From Macrostomum lignano (taxonomy: Eukaryota), in assembly GCA_002269645.1 (NCBI GenBank), contig NIVC01000859.1, positions 186,001 to 250,000 of the forward strand: a stretch of DNA of 64,000 bases, in the 5' to 3' direction. The notes under the pieces were generated by a model. That model worked only from the letters and a program-made list of their open reading frames with translations. It had not been told where the DNA came from and did not search any database. The first letter of the stretch is position 1, and every line of letters begins with the position of its first letter. Of this stretch, positions 1 to 13,600 are shown one piece after another. The position numbers and the translations under genes are program-made.

Positions 1-230
1 AACCTAAATAACACTCGGACACCCTAAATAACACTTGTACACCCTAAATAACACTCGGACACCCTAAGTAACACTCGGACAACCTAAATGACACTCGGAC
101 ACCCTGAATAACACTCGGACACAAACTAACACTCGGACACCCTAAATAACACTCGGACACCGTAACTAACATTCGGAAATCCTAACTAATACTCGGACAC
201 CCTAAACCACATTATGACACTTCAAGTAAG
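1..230. repeat. 20-bp minisatellite (ACACCCTAAATAACACTCGG), runs off the window start
   Basis: ACCCTAAATA-type motif recurs at 21, 41 and 61, then degenerates by about 230. Confidence 0.9.
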
Positions 231-1039
231 ACGCCATAAAAATTGTACACCACAGAATCAATCAAGAACAACAGAAAAAATCAAACTCGAACACTTAATA
301 TCAGAATCTATTCTTTGGACAAACAAATCTTTGACTTAGATATTAGCAATTAGAAGCATTTGTTTAAAGTATTTGTTAGAAGTGTGAGAAATATTTTCTG
401 TGTTTTTACACCAGTTACTTTTATTGTGTATTTTTATATAGATTGGATGCAGGAATCCAATTAGTGAGCGGAGGGGGTTGCAAACCTTCTTAAGAATGAA
501 AAGAAAATGATTGACATCAGTGAATAAGAGGCTCTTATTGAAGTGTACTCAGTAGTTCTACACTTTTTCTGAAAACTATTACCTGTATGGTTATAGTGTA
601 GGGTTACTTGACGCATTTCATTAATCTACCTTAACCAACCTCTCAGCTACTTCAGGTCAGTTGAGTGTAACAAAAAATATGAGACTGAAAATCTCTCCTG
701 ACCTCGCTGCATTGATTTATGGAGCATAATTAACTGTGCTCAGAATCCTTCAGTTATCGAGTGCTGTTTTTTTATACTGGGTTCTAAATAAATAAATAAA
801 TAGTGAGTTACGGCGAAGATTTATGAGAGAGAGAAAGGGACAGCAGAGGAAATGGACTTAGTGCTAGTCGTAAGTCACCAGTCCTAGCTGGTATCTGATA
901 GCCTACTATTCTCCTGTTCTTAAGCCTGTCATTAGCTTCATCTTGATAGATGAGACTTCTATAGGCCTGCTCGCTGTGTGGGCTGCTGGCTCTGTCTCCG
1001 GCTTGGGGCGCCTCTGCATACTCTCGTCTCTATATAACT

Positions 1040-1400
1040 CCTCCCTCACTACCTCTCCCTCTGCTCTCCCCCTCTGCTCTCTCCCTCCCTCTGCTCTCTC
1101 CCTCCATCTGCTCTCTCCCTCCCTCTCTGCTCTCTTCTACCTCTCCCTCTCCCTCTCTCCCTCCCCCTCTCCCTCTCCCTCTCCCTCTCCCTCTCCCTCT
1201 CCCTCTTCCCCTCTCCCTCTCCCTCTCCCTCTGCCTCTATCTCCCCTCCCCTCTCTCTCTCCCTCCCTCTCGAGTCTCCCTCTCCCTTTCTCCCTCTCTC
1301 CCTCTCCCTCTCTCCCTCTTCCTCTCTCCGTCTCTCTTCTCTCTCCCTCCTCCCTCTCGCTCTCCCTATATGCTATATCCCCCTCTCTCTCTCCCTCTTT
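1040..1400. repeat. CT-rich low-complexity tract ((CTCTCC)n-like)
   Basis: Nearly pure C/T on the + strand; the Ser/Pro/Leu ORF 943..1440 is a by-product. Confidence 0.9.
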
Positions 1401-2029
1401 CTCCCACTATTTACACATTGTCTTCTGTATGTCTTTTTGACTCCTACGAGCTATTTCAATAAAAAATAAGACAAATCTATACTCACTGCCTTTACTCTTG
1501 ACTAGTATAAATATTAGCTGTCTGTGTTAAGTAAAGGAAACATTAAGTAATGTTAATTTTACATTGCATGTATTGCCATTCTATTGCGTATATATGCACA
1601 GCACTGTGCTTATTTTCATGTGTCTGTAAGCTACAGTATCACACCTTATGTTTCCCTTACCTACCGCAGCCACACCCAAGTATGCGCATGCATTCATGCA
1701 TCTATTGTGCAAAAAAATTGTTCTGAAATCTATTTTTAGCATCAACATTTAGTCAGTCTGGTCTTACTGCCATAATTAGGCATGGGTTTTTACACCTGGA
1801 ATTTGTCGCAGATGGTATAGGTCTTCCCCTAAAGACAGGCAGACAGTCCGTGTTCATGTGATCATGGCTATCTAGATATGTAGAATTCTTTATTATTTGA
1901 AAAAGGGATTTTTTTAGAATGTGGAAATTTTGGACGTTTGTACTTATAGTAGTACTCTGTGTGTAACTTGAGCTTAAAAATCTTATAATTTTCTTTCTTG
2001 AACATTTAAACAGCTGACAATCACACACT

Positions 2030-2680
2030 TAGTACCAACCCATACAATAACCCCACACTCCAACCTATACAATGATCCCACACCCCAACCCTTACAATGA
2101 TCCCACACTCCAACTCATACAATGATCCCACACCCCAACCCTTACAATGATCCCACACTCCAACTCATACAATGATCCCACACTCCAACCTATACAATGA
2201 TCCCACACCCCAACCCTTACAATGATCCCACACTCCAACCTATACAATGATCCCACTCTCCAACCCATACAATGATCCCACACTCCAACCTATACAATGA
2301 TCCCACACCCCAACCCTTACAATGATCCCACACTCCAACTCATACAATGATCCCACACTCCAACCCATACAATGATCCCACACCCCAACCCATACAATAA
2401 CCCCACACTCCAACTCATGCAATGATCCCACACCCCAACCCATACAATAACCCCACACTCCAACTCATACAATAACCTCACACTCCAACTCATACAATGA
2501 TCCCACACCCCAACTCATACAATAACCCCACACTCCAACTCATACAATGATCCCACACTCCAACCCATACAATGATCCGACAGTCATCCCAACCCATACA
2601 ATGATCCCACAGTCATTCCATCCCATACAATGATCCCACACAGCCATCGTATCCCATACAACGATCTCACACCCATCCCA
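2030..2680. repeat. 25-bp minisatellite (CCAACCTATACAATGATCCCACACT) ending at a MAP7 splice acceptor
   Basis: CAATGATCCC recurs every 25 bp; the last degenerate unit merges into cccacccgcag at 2677-2687. Confidence 0.92.
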
Positions 2681-2687
2681 CCCGCAG

Positions 2688-5600
2688 ACCAATCCCGTGA
2701 CGAGAAACTCCGCCAGGCTCGCCAAAACCGAGAGGCCGAACGCGCCCGCCGCCTTCGCGCCCTCGAAGCGGCGCACCGTCAGGCCGAGGAGGCGCGCCAA
2801 CGCCAGGAGGCGGCTCGCCGAGCTCGAATTGAAGCGGCCAGAGCTCGGGACGCCGAGCGTCGACGCGTCGTAGAAGAGCGCCGGCGCCAGCTAGAGGCGC
2901 AGGAGTCGCAGCGCAGGGCGACGCTGCTTCAACGATTGACAGAACGCGAGAGTCGGGCGGCGGAGCGGCAGCGTGAACGACGCGGCCGGACCGGCATGGT
3001 GTTCGCGTTCGGCAGCTGTACACCCAGGGAGGTCTGCGAGGCTCCGCCTGCGGCTGCAACTGCTGCTGCCGAATCTTCTGGTGCTGCTGGCAGCCGGAGA
3101 GCCGTGAGCTGCGCTGGTCGGCCTTCTAATGGCGTTATGAGTGCCAGCGTTTGCGGTGAGTGCTGCTGTGCTTTAGTGTTCGGGTTTGTTGCTAGGGCAG
3201 ATGCATGAGTCATAAATCATTCTATTTATCAATTGTCTCACTTATTGTTTATCTGAAATCTCATCATTTGTCTCACCTGTTGATTATTTCAAATCTCTCA
3301 TCATTTGTCTCACCTGCTGATTATCTCAAATCTCATATCATTTGTCTCACCTGCTGATTATCTCAAATCTCATATCATTTGTCTCACCTGCTGATTATTT
3401 CAAATCTCTCATCATTTGTCTCTCTTGTTGATTATCTCAAATCTCATCATTTATCTCACCTGTTGATTATCTCAAATCTCATATCATTTGTCTCACCTGT
3501 TGTTTATCTCAAATCTCATCATTTATCTCACCTGTTGTTTATCTCAAATCTCATCATTTATCTCACCTGTTAATTATCTCAAATCTCATCATTTATCTCA
3601 CCTGTTGATTATCTCAAATCTCTTATCATTTGTCTCACCTGTTGATTATCTCAAATCTCATCATTTATCTCACCTGTTAATTATCTCAAATCTCATCATT
3701 TATCTCACCTGTTGATTATCTCAAATCTCATCATTTATCTCACCTGTTGATTATCTCACATCTCATTTTACTCAGTTTTATGGCACATTATATATTAATG
3801 TTGTATACAACCTACTTATATATAACCTATAATAAATGTTGTGTTACTGCATTCTGTTGCGTGAAAATATGCGTTTGTTTTAGTCTGTCCTCGACTACTG
3901 AGGGTGTACTCTCGGGCTGCACTGCGGCTTCCATCACCGCCGCCATTTCTTCGCGGTAAAAAAGCATGCTCAGGAAATTTATAGTATATAACAAACTAGA
4001 GATTGATCATCTATATATCGTACATATTGTTGTTAGCCGCGATGATGAAGATGAAAATATGCGGCTTGCCTGCCTGCCTTCCCGCATCGATTGCTGTTTG
4101 ATTTCTATTTGATCGTTTTTTTTAAACTTAAATCTACTTAGTCTATTCATATACCTCTCATGATACTAGTCTACTTCTCAGTCTATCAATCTACCTCTCA
4201 GTCCATCAGTCTACCTCTCAAGATGCAGATCTACTTCTCAAGATACCAATCTACCTCTCAGTACACAAATCTACCTGTATCAATCTGCCTCAACTTACTG
4301 ACATTAAAGTACATACCAACCTAATTATCTGCATGTAAATTATGAAACGATTTTTTTCACTAATTGAATGCTGCAAACAGAAATCAGGTGATTATGATTT
4401 TGTACTCTCTATTCAATAATGCAACTCATCATCTCCCTACTAGGAGTCTTGCCCACAGTATCGGAAAATTCCGAATACTCAGTCTCTGAACAGCCGCAGT
4501 TTGATGGCTTGATGGCGTGCAGCTTGACTGCCGACGAATTTAGATTGCAGTCGGCCTCTAGCGCTGTCCACTGCATGACGCAAAGTGTTATTGGTAATGC
4601 TGGCTGCTTCAGTACAGTCTATGGTCTAATCTGTTAGTTGGAATTGCAAAAAATAGGTTTTGTAGCTACTGAAGGGGGTAGGGGAGTGGAAGACTACTGA
4701 AAGCCTGAGGGTAGGGGGGTGGAAGACTACTGAAGGCCTGAGGGTAGGGGGGTGGAAGACTACTGAAGGCCTGAGGGTAGGGGGGTGGAAGACTACTGAA
4801 GGCCTGAGGGTAGGGGGGTGGAAGACTACTGAAGGCCTGAGGGTAGGGGGGTGGAAGACTACTGAAGGCCTGAGGGTAGGGGGGTGGAAGACTACTGAAG
4901 GCCTGAGGGTAGGGGGGGGGGTGGAAGACTACTGAAGGCCTGAGGGTAGGGGGGGTGGAAGACTACTGAAAGCCTGAGGGTAGGGGGTGTCAGTCTACTG
5001 AAAGCCTGAGGGTAGGGGGTGACAGTCTACTGAAGGCTGGAGGGTAGGGGGTGACAGTCCACTGAAGGCTGGAGGGTAGGGGGTGACAGTCTACTGAAGG
5101 CTTGAGGGTAGGGGGTGACAATCTACCGAAGGCTGGAGGGTAGGGGGTGACAGTCCACTGAAGGCTGGAGGGTAGGGGGTGTCAGTCTACTGAAGGCTTG
5201 AGGGTAGGGGGTGTCAGTCTACTGAAGGCTTGAGGTTAGGGGGGTGACAGTCTACTGAAGGCTTGAGGGTAGGGGGTGTCAGTCTACTGAAGGCTTGAGG
5301 GTAGGGAGTGACAGTCTACTGAAGGCTGGAGGGTAGGGGGTGACAGTCCACTGAAGGCTGGAGGGTAGGGGGGTTACAGTCTACTGAAGGCTTGAGGGTA
5401 GGGGGTGACAATCTACCGAAGGCTGGAGGGTAGGGGGTGACAGTCCACTGAAGGCTGGAGGGTAGGGGGTGTCAGTCTACCGAAGGCTGGAGGGTAGGGG
5501 GTGACAGTCCACTGAAGGCTGGAGGGTAGGGGGTTACAGTCTACTGAAGGCTGGAGGGTAGGTGGTGACAGTCTACTGAAGGCTGGAGGGTAGGGGGTGA

Positions 5601-8600
5601 CAGTCCACTGAAGGCTGGAGGGTAGGGGGGTTACAGTCTACTGAAGGCTGGAGGGTAGGTGGTGACAGTCTACTGAAGGCTTGAGGGTAGGGAGTGACAG
5701 TCTACTGAAGGCTTGAGGGTAGGGAGTGACAGTCTACTGAAGGCTTTAGGGTAGGGGGTTACAGTCTACTGAAGGCTTGAGGGTGGGGGTGACAGTCTAT
5801 TGAAATCGTAAAGTGATGATAAACATAAACGGATGGATATAAAGTTATGTTATGATGTTACTTTTAAGATGGCATACCGGTAAAAAAAGCACTTGAAATT
5901 CACAGCTAAAAGCCCGTATTATCAAGATGTTTAAAAAATTTCAATTGATTTCTCCTCTAACATCAGCTTTTGTGTGTGAATTTTTGTTTTTCTAACTTAA
6001 ATGCTAAAAATGGCTGTCCTGCTTTCTAAAAGCATACTTTTCGTGCAGCCGATTTTGGCCGTTCTAACAGCCGAACAGAATTTTTGGCATCCAAAATTCT
6101 TAGCACGTCTGCTGTAGGCTCGAAAAAAAGTCATCATTAACCGGCCATTCCTCTTGCCTGCCGTCAAAGAGGACGATAATTCGATTTGTGTCCTTTTTTC
6201 CTTCCTTCGCATATCCCATTTCCCAATTTGGTTCCGTTAGAAAAGTTTACGACACGAATAAGATAAGGCTCTTAGGCTGCTGAGATCCGAGACTTACGCT
6301 CGTATGCAGAATTTATTATTGCCAATTTTAAATTTATAAGATAGAAGGGAGGTAATCTGTGTGTTACGGCGCTATGTCCAAATAGTTCAGATGGATGGCT
6401 TTGGGATGCACTTTTACTGGGCTCTTTTTTGTCTTTTTTGTTTTAACAATATTCAAGCCTGGGGTTCATTAGTAGGTTTGGTAGGTGTAAAGGTTGAGGG
6501 TAGTTTGGTGGTAGATTAGGGGTTGAGACGTAAATTGGTAGGTTGAGGGGTTAATTGATAGATTATAAGGTAGATTGGTAGATTGAAAGATATATTGATC
6601 AACTAAGAGGTAGACTGGTAGGTTTAAGGGTAGATTAGTAGATTTAAGGGTAGATTAGTAGGTTTAAGGGTAGATTAGTTGGTTGAGTGTTGTCTGGTAG
6701 GTTTAGAGGTAGACTAGGGGTTCAGACGTAGATTAGTAGATTAAGGGGTAGATTGATAAATTGAAAGGTAGATTGGTAGACTGAGAGATATGTTGATCAA
6801 CTGAGAGGTAGATTGGTAGGTTGAGAGGTAGATTGGTAGGTTGAGAGTTAGATTGGTAGGTTGAGAGGTAGATTGGTAGGTTGATTGGTAGGTTGAATGG
6901 AAGATTGGTAGATTGAGAGGTAAATTGGTAGGTTGAGGGGTACATTGGTAGGGTGAGGTGTAGATTAGTAGATTGAGGGGTAGATTGGTAGGTTGATTGG
7001 TAGGTTAAATGGAAGATTGGTAGATTGAGAGGTAAATTGGTAGGTTGAGGGGTAGATTGGTAGGGTGAGGTGTAGATTAGTAGATTGAGGGGTAGATTGG
7101 TAGGTTCAAAGGTAGATTGATAAACTGAGGGTATATTGTTGAAAAGTAGATTCAGGGATAGATGCGTAGGTTCAGGGGTATATTGACCAGAGTACTATTT
7201 TCAGTTTATATTTTCGCACAAACTGAGAAACAGAAATAAATCATTTTTAATTTTGCACTAAGCTAACTTCAAGAGATATTTTAAAACACTTCTAACTCTG
7301 TTTTGAAAGCTTACCACAACACAGCACGTTACTATGATATGCTAAAAATGCTATTATTAGTACTTCAAAAGTACAAACAAATTCCAAGCCTACTGATGAT
7401 GCTTGTGTGTACACCGAGCTTAAACTCCCCTCTCATCGTCATCACCCCTTTCCTGTCTCCGCAGTGTCCCGTTCTCGCGACAAGACCCTGGCAATGGACT
7501 CCTCTCTGGTGTCCAATAGCAGTGCCGATGGGCGAGGCTCTGTTAAAACTGCTGCCAACGCTAATTTTGTCGCATCCGGGAATCGAAAAAGCAACAGCAA
7601 ATCCGTGGCAAAGTCGGCTGTAGATCTGACGAACAGCTCCGCTGAGTCAGGTGAGTCTCGGGCTGATGAGATAAGACCTGAGATGATGAGAGTTAAGATA
7701 AGAGACCAGAGATTGAGATAAGAGACGAGATTAGGATAGATCAGACATAAGAGGCAGAGATTATATGATATGATATGAGAAATACAAATATTAGAGGTTA
7801 GACTATTAGAGATGAGACTAATGATGTCATATGAGACAGTGATAGATGAGATATGTGACACGGAGAGGAGATATGAGACTGGGAAGGATGAGATATAAGA
7901 CACAGGGAGAGATGAGATATGAGACAGGGAGATATGAAATATGAGACAGGGAGAGATAAGATATGTGACAGGTAGAGATATGAGGTATGAGACAGGGATA
8001 GATGAGATATGAGACACAGGGAGAGATAAGATATGAGAGATGAGATATGAGACACGGAGAAATGAGATATGAGACAGGGAGAGATGAGATATGAGACACG
8101 GAGAAATGAGATATGAGACAGGGAGAGATGAGATATGAGACACGGAGAAATGAGATATGAGACACAGGGAGAGATGAGATATGAGACACGGAGAAATGAG
8201 ATATGAGACACAGGGGAGAGAGATGAGATATGAGACACGGAGAGATGAGATATGAGACACAGGGAGAGATGAGATATGAGCCAGTGAGAGATGAAATATG
8301 AGACAGTGAGAGATGAGATATGAGAAACGGAGAAATGAGATATGAGACACAGGGAGAGATGAGATATGAGACAGGGAGAGATGAGATATGAGACACAGGG
8401 AGAGATGAAATATGAGACACGGAGAAATGAGATATGAGACACGGAGAAATGAGATATGAGACACAGGGAGAGATGAGATATGAGACAGTGAGAGATGAGT
8501 TATGATGAGATATGACACAGAGAGACGTCAGACAGACATACCATGCTGGGCAGAGTAGCAGAGAGGAGAAGTAGCAAAGCATCAGATAAAATTTCCCGTC

Positions 8601-9600
8601 TCTGCACACGAAGCTGGCTCGCTGTACTTTTCTGTAGCCGTAGTTGATTTCAACCATCAGCTTGTAATTGCTGGCTAATTCACTTTCCAAACACTGGGCA
8701 GTGCCTCCTATCTGCGTTCCCTTATCGGTCTGTCTGGGGATGGAAATCCTCATGTGTGTATTTTTGCAGAAGCAACACACGGTTTTATAGACTGCCTCAC
8801 ATTGATCAGTCTGGATCTGATGTTATCGTAATGACTTAATCAGATTCAGAAATCCCCTAGTAGGAATGTCCATTTTACAATAGCCTCTTCAAAAATCGCC
8901 CTTTAGAAATCGATAATTAAAATCGCCCCTTCAAGAATCGCCCTTTAGAAATTGAGAATAAAAATCGCCCCCTCAAGAATCGCCCTTTAGAAATTATAAT
9001 TAAAAAATCGCCCCCTCAAGAATCGCCCTTTAGAAATTGATAATTAAAAAATCGCCCCCTCAAGAATCGCCCTTTAGAAATTGATAATAAAAATCGCCTC
9101 TCTAAAAATCACCCTATAGAAATTGTTAATAAAAATCGCCCCTCAAGAATCGCCCTTTAGAAATTGAGAATTAAAAAATCGCCCCATCGCAACCCCTCCT
9201 CAGCCGCTGCCCCAGCCACGCCCCGATCCAAACCGGCCTCTCGTCTGTCTTCCGCCGCGAACCTGAGCAGCGCCGGTCGCATCAAAAATCCCAAACCGAC
9301 ATCAGAGTTGGCCCTTCCAGTCAGCGGGCGAATGACAGCTTCGGCCACTGAGCACACTCTCATGTCGCGGTCTGCCGAGCAAGAGGCGCAGCAGAGACGA
9401 AAGCAGCAACAGCATCAAAAGCCAATGGCCAGAAGTAGCAAGTCTTCGCCTGCTACTCAGAATCAGCCCGCAGGGGGCATGGCCAAGTCCATGGTGGAGC
9501 TGCCCTCTGCCGGCAAGGCCGCGGTTAAGAAGGTAAATTAATCGATGATGATAATTAAAGCCTCTTTTTTTGTCTGTTTGTCTGTCTGTGTCTGTCTGCC

Positions 9601-9639
<39 letters not shown>

Positions 9640-9648
9640 GTGTCTGTG

Positions 9649-9719
<71 letters not shown>

Positions 9720-9720
9720 G

Positions 9721-9799
<79 letters not shown>

Positions 9800-9800
9800 G

Positions 9801-9873
<73 letters not shown>

Positions 9874-10271
9874 TACTATTTAGCATTTCACAAGCCCAAT
9901 TTCTGTTGCCCGTCCGAGCAGCCGGTCCGAACGAAGCGCCCCCTATCGTCCATAGCGGCCTCCCCAGCCGCAGTGGACAGAGTGGCCAAGCCAAAGGTAT
10001 TCATTTCCTCCGATTTTGTTCAGACTAGCCATTATGCATACGGCTAATTGCTGCTTTGTGCTGCATGAGTTGTTTATCTCGCATCGGATCATAATCACAA
10101 TTCAGTCTACTAATTTTACTACTGTCACCTCATCTTGTCAGTCGTATTGCATGCAAATCTAGCGAAACTCGGTGTTGATAAATTGCTTCTTAGAAATATT
10201 AGTCAGCTGGCTTTTGTTATAGAGCAACATAATATATTTACTAGTGCTATTTATGATACTACTACTGCTAT

Positions 10272-10302
<31 letters not shown>

Positions 10303-10333
10303 GCTACTACTACTACTATAACTGCTACTACTG

Positions 10334-10378
<45 letters not shown>

Positions 10379-10463
10379 TTACTACTACTTCTACTACTAC
10401 TACTACCACTACTTCTACTACTACTACTACTACTACTACTGCTATTACTACTACTACTACTGG

Positions 10464-10502
<39 letters not shown>

Positions 10503-10522
10503 TACTACTTCTACTTCTACTT

Positions 10523-10584
<62 letters not shown>

Positions 10585-10613
10585 GCTACTACTACTACTA
10601 CTACTACTGCTAT

Positions 10614-10644
<31 letters not shown>

Positions 10645-13600
10645 GCTACTACTACTACTGCTATTACTACTACTACTTCTACTGCTACTACTACTACTGC
10701 TATTACTACTACTACTTCTACTGCTACTACCGCCCCTACACAGCCGGACACTGCAGCGTCTCAAGGCAAACAGCAGCAGAATCCGTCGTCGGCCTCTTCA
10801 ACAGTCCGCAACACTCGGCAAACCAAAGCGCCAGCTTCAGCCTCAGCTTCAGCGGCTCCAAAGTCGGTGCCAAAGTCGCAGTCAGCTCAGGACTTGAAGC
10901 CGCCGCCAGCTGAGCAGCCGGCCGTTGTGAAAGTCGAAGATGAGCAGCCGGCGAGCGTCGAAGTCGAAGTGGCACCGGCGGAGGCGGACGCCGCGGCAGA
11001 GGCCGCTGCCGAGGCCAAGCGCCGGTTCGAGGAGCAGCGCCGGCTGCACCGGGAGCGCGCCGAGGCGGAGCGCCGGGCCGAGGAAGAGTTCCGGCGTCGC
11101 CGGGCCGAGGAGCAGCAACGACGCGAGGCCGAGGCTGCCGAGGCCGCCGCCAGAGCTGCCGAGGAGGCGGCAGCGGCCGAGGCGGCCCGGCTGGCGGAGG
11201 AGGCGGCGGCCGCTGAGGCTGCGGAGCGGGCAGCGGAGGAGGCCCAACAAAGAGAGGAAGAGGAGAAGAAAGCGGTGAGTGGCGACCTTCTCCTTCTAAA
11301 TTCCTATCTGCTCTTCTATCTATTTAGTCCTCCGTAAAATTACCCTAATCCACCGTTAATCCGCCCCTACAATAATCTTTATTTCTCGATAATTTTTCCT
11401 CCAGAAATCATCCTACTCCTTTGCTAATCTATCAACAAAAGTCACCTTAATCCCTCATTAATCCACCAGTAAGAGTCACCCTAATCCCTCGTTAATCCAC
11501 CAGTAAGAGTCACCCTAATCCCTCGTTAATCCACCAGTAAGAATCTCCCTAATCCCTCGTTAATCCATCAGTAAGAATCTCCCTAATCCCTCGTTAATCC
11601 ACCACTAAGAGTCACCCTAATCCCTCGTTAATCCACCACTAAGAATCTCTCTAATCCCTCGTTAGTCCACCACTAAGAGTCACCCTAATCCCCTTTTTAA
11701 TCCTCCCCAGGCCGAGGCGGCAGCTCAGGCCGCTCGGGAGCGCGAAGAAGCCGAGCGCCTTGAACGCCGTCGCAAACTCGAAGCCATCATGAATCGAGTC
11801 AAAACCACTCCGGCCTCGTTGCCTAGCAACGATCCCACATCCGGAGACTCGGCAGACAGTAAAGCTCAGATGCCTCAGCTACCCATGCCAGCCGCTGACG
11901 AGACGCCTTCAACAGCTGCAAACCAGATGTCAGCCTCGATGCTGATCTCTTCAGCTGGCACCGCGGCATCTTTGTCGACGCCGAGCATGTCAGCTTCCAT
12001 GATGTCCGCCTCCTCGTTGAGCACCAACGGCAACGGCAGCAACCCTGCCCTGGCTCGGCTGGTTGCTACTGGCCGGCTGAAAGGCACCAAGGCGGCCGAG
12101 ATTCTGGCTAGGCACGCTGTGCCGTCGACACCGCGGGTGCCGCTGTCGATGCAGCAGCAGCGGCAGGAAAAGGAGGAGGAGGGGGACACCTCCGTCAGCA
12201 CGTCTGCTGCCGCCGCCGCCGATGCAAGGTAAGATTTTAGACCCTTTTATTGACATTGCCTCATTCTTGAGTCACCCCATTCTATGAATCACCCCATTCT
12301 GTGAATCACCCCATTCTGTGAATCACCCCATTCTATGAATCGCCCCATTCTATGAATCGCCCCATTCTATGAATCACCCCATTCTATGAATCACCCCATT
12401 CTATGAATCACCCCATTCTTGAGTCACCCCATTCTATGAATCGCCCCATTCTATAAATCGCCCCATTCTATGAATCGCCCCATTCTATGAATCGCCCCAT
12501 TCTGTGAATCACCCCATTCTGTGAGTCACCCCATTCTATGAATCGCCCCATTCTATGAGTCACCCCATTCTATGAATCGCCCCATTCTTGAGTCACCCCA
12601 TTCTATGAATCGCCCCATTCTTGAGTCACCCCATTCTTCGAATCGCCCCATTCTATGAAACGCCCCATTCTATGAATCACCCCATTCTATGAATCGCCCC
12701 ATTCTGTGAATCACCCCATTCTGTGAATCACCCCATTCTGTGAATCACCCCATTCTATGAATCGCCCCATTCTGTGAATCACCCCATTCTATGAATCACC
12801 CCATTCTATGAATCGCCCCATTCTATGAATCGCCCCATTCTATGAATCACCCCATTCTTGAGTCACCCCATTCTATGAATCGCCCCATTCTATGAGTCAC
12901 CCCATTCTATGAATCGCCCCATTCTTGAGTCACCCCATTCTATGAATCGCCCCATTCTTGAGTCACCCCATTCTATGAATCGCCCCATTCTATGAAACGC
13001 CCCATTCTGTGAATCACCCCATTCTATGAATCGCCCCATTCTGTGAATCACCCCATTCTATGAATCACCCCATTCTATGAATCGCCCCATTCTATGAATC
13101 GCCCCATTCTGTGAATCACCCCATTCTATGAATCGCCCCATTCTTGAGTCACCCCATTCTATGAATCGCCCCATTCTATGAAACGCCCCATTCTGTGAAT
13201 CACCCCATTCTATGAATCGCCCCATTCTGTGAATCACCCCATTCTATGAATCACCCCATTCTATGAATCGCCCCATTCTATGAATCGCCCCATTCTGTGA
13301 ATCACCCCATTCTATGAATCGCCCCATTCTTGAGTCACCCCATTCTATGAATCGCCCCATTCTTGAGTCACCCCATTCTATGAATCACCCCATTCTATGA
13401 ATCACCCCATTATATGAGTCACCCCATTCTGTGAATCACCCCATTCTGTGAATCACCCCATTCTATGAATCACCCCATTCTATGAATCACCCCATTCTAT
13501 GAATCGCCCCATTCTGTGAATCACCCCATTCTATGAATCGCCCCATTCTGTGAATCACCCCATTCTATGAATCGCCCCATTCTATGAATCGTTTCTTTCT

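Noticed and set aside
10135-10743. Mucin-like poly-Thr N-terminus of the 400-aa ORF
   Set aside because: It is an (ACT)n microsatellite upstream of a clear acceptor at 10743; only 10744-11274 is exonic.
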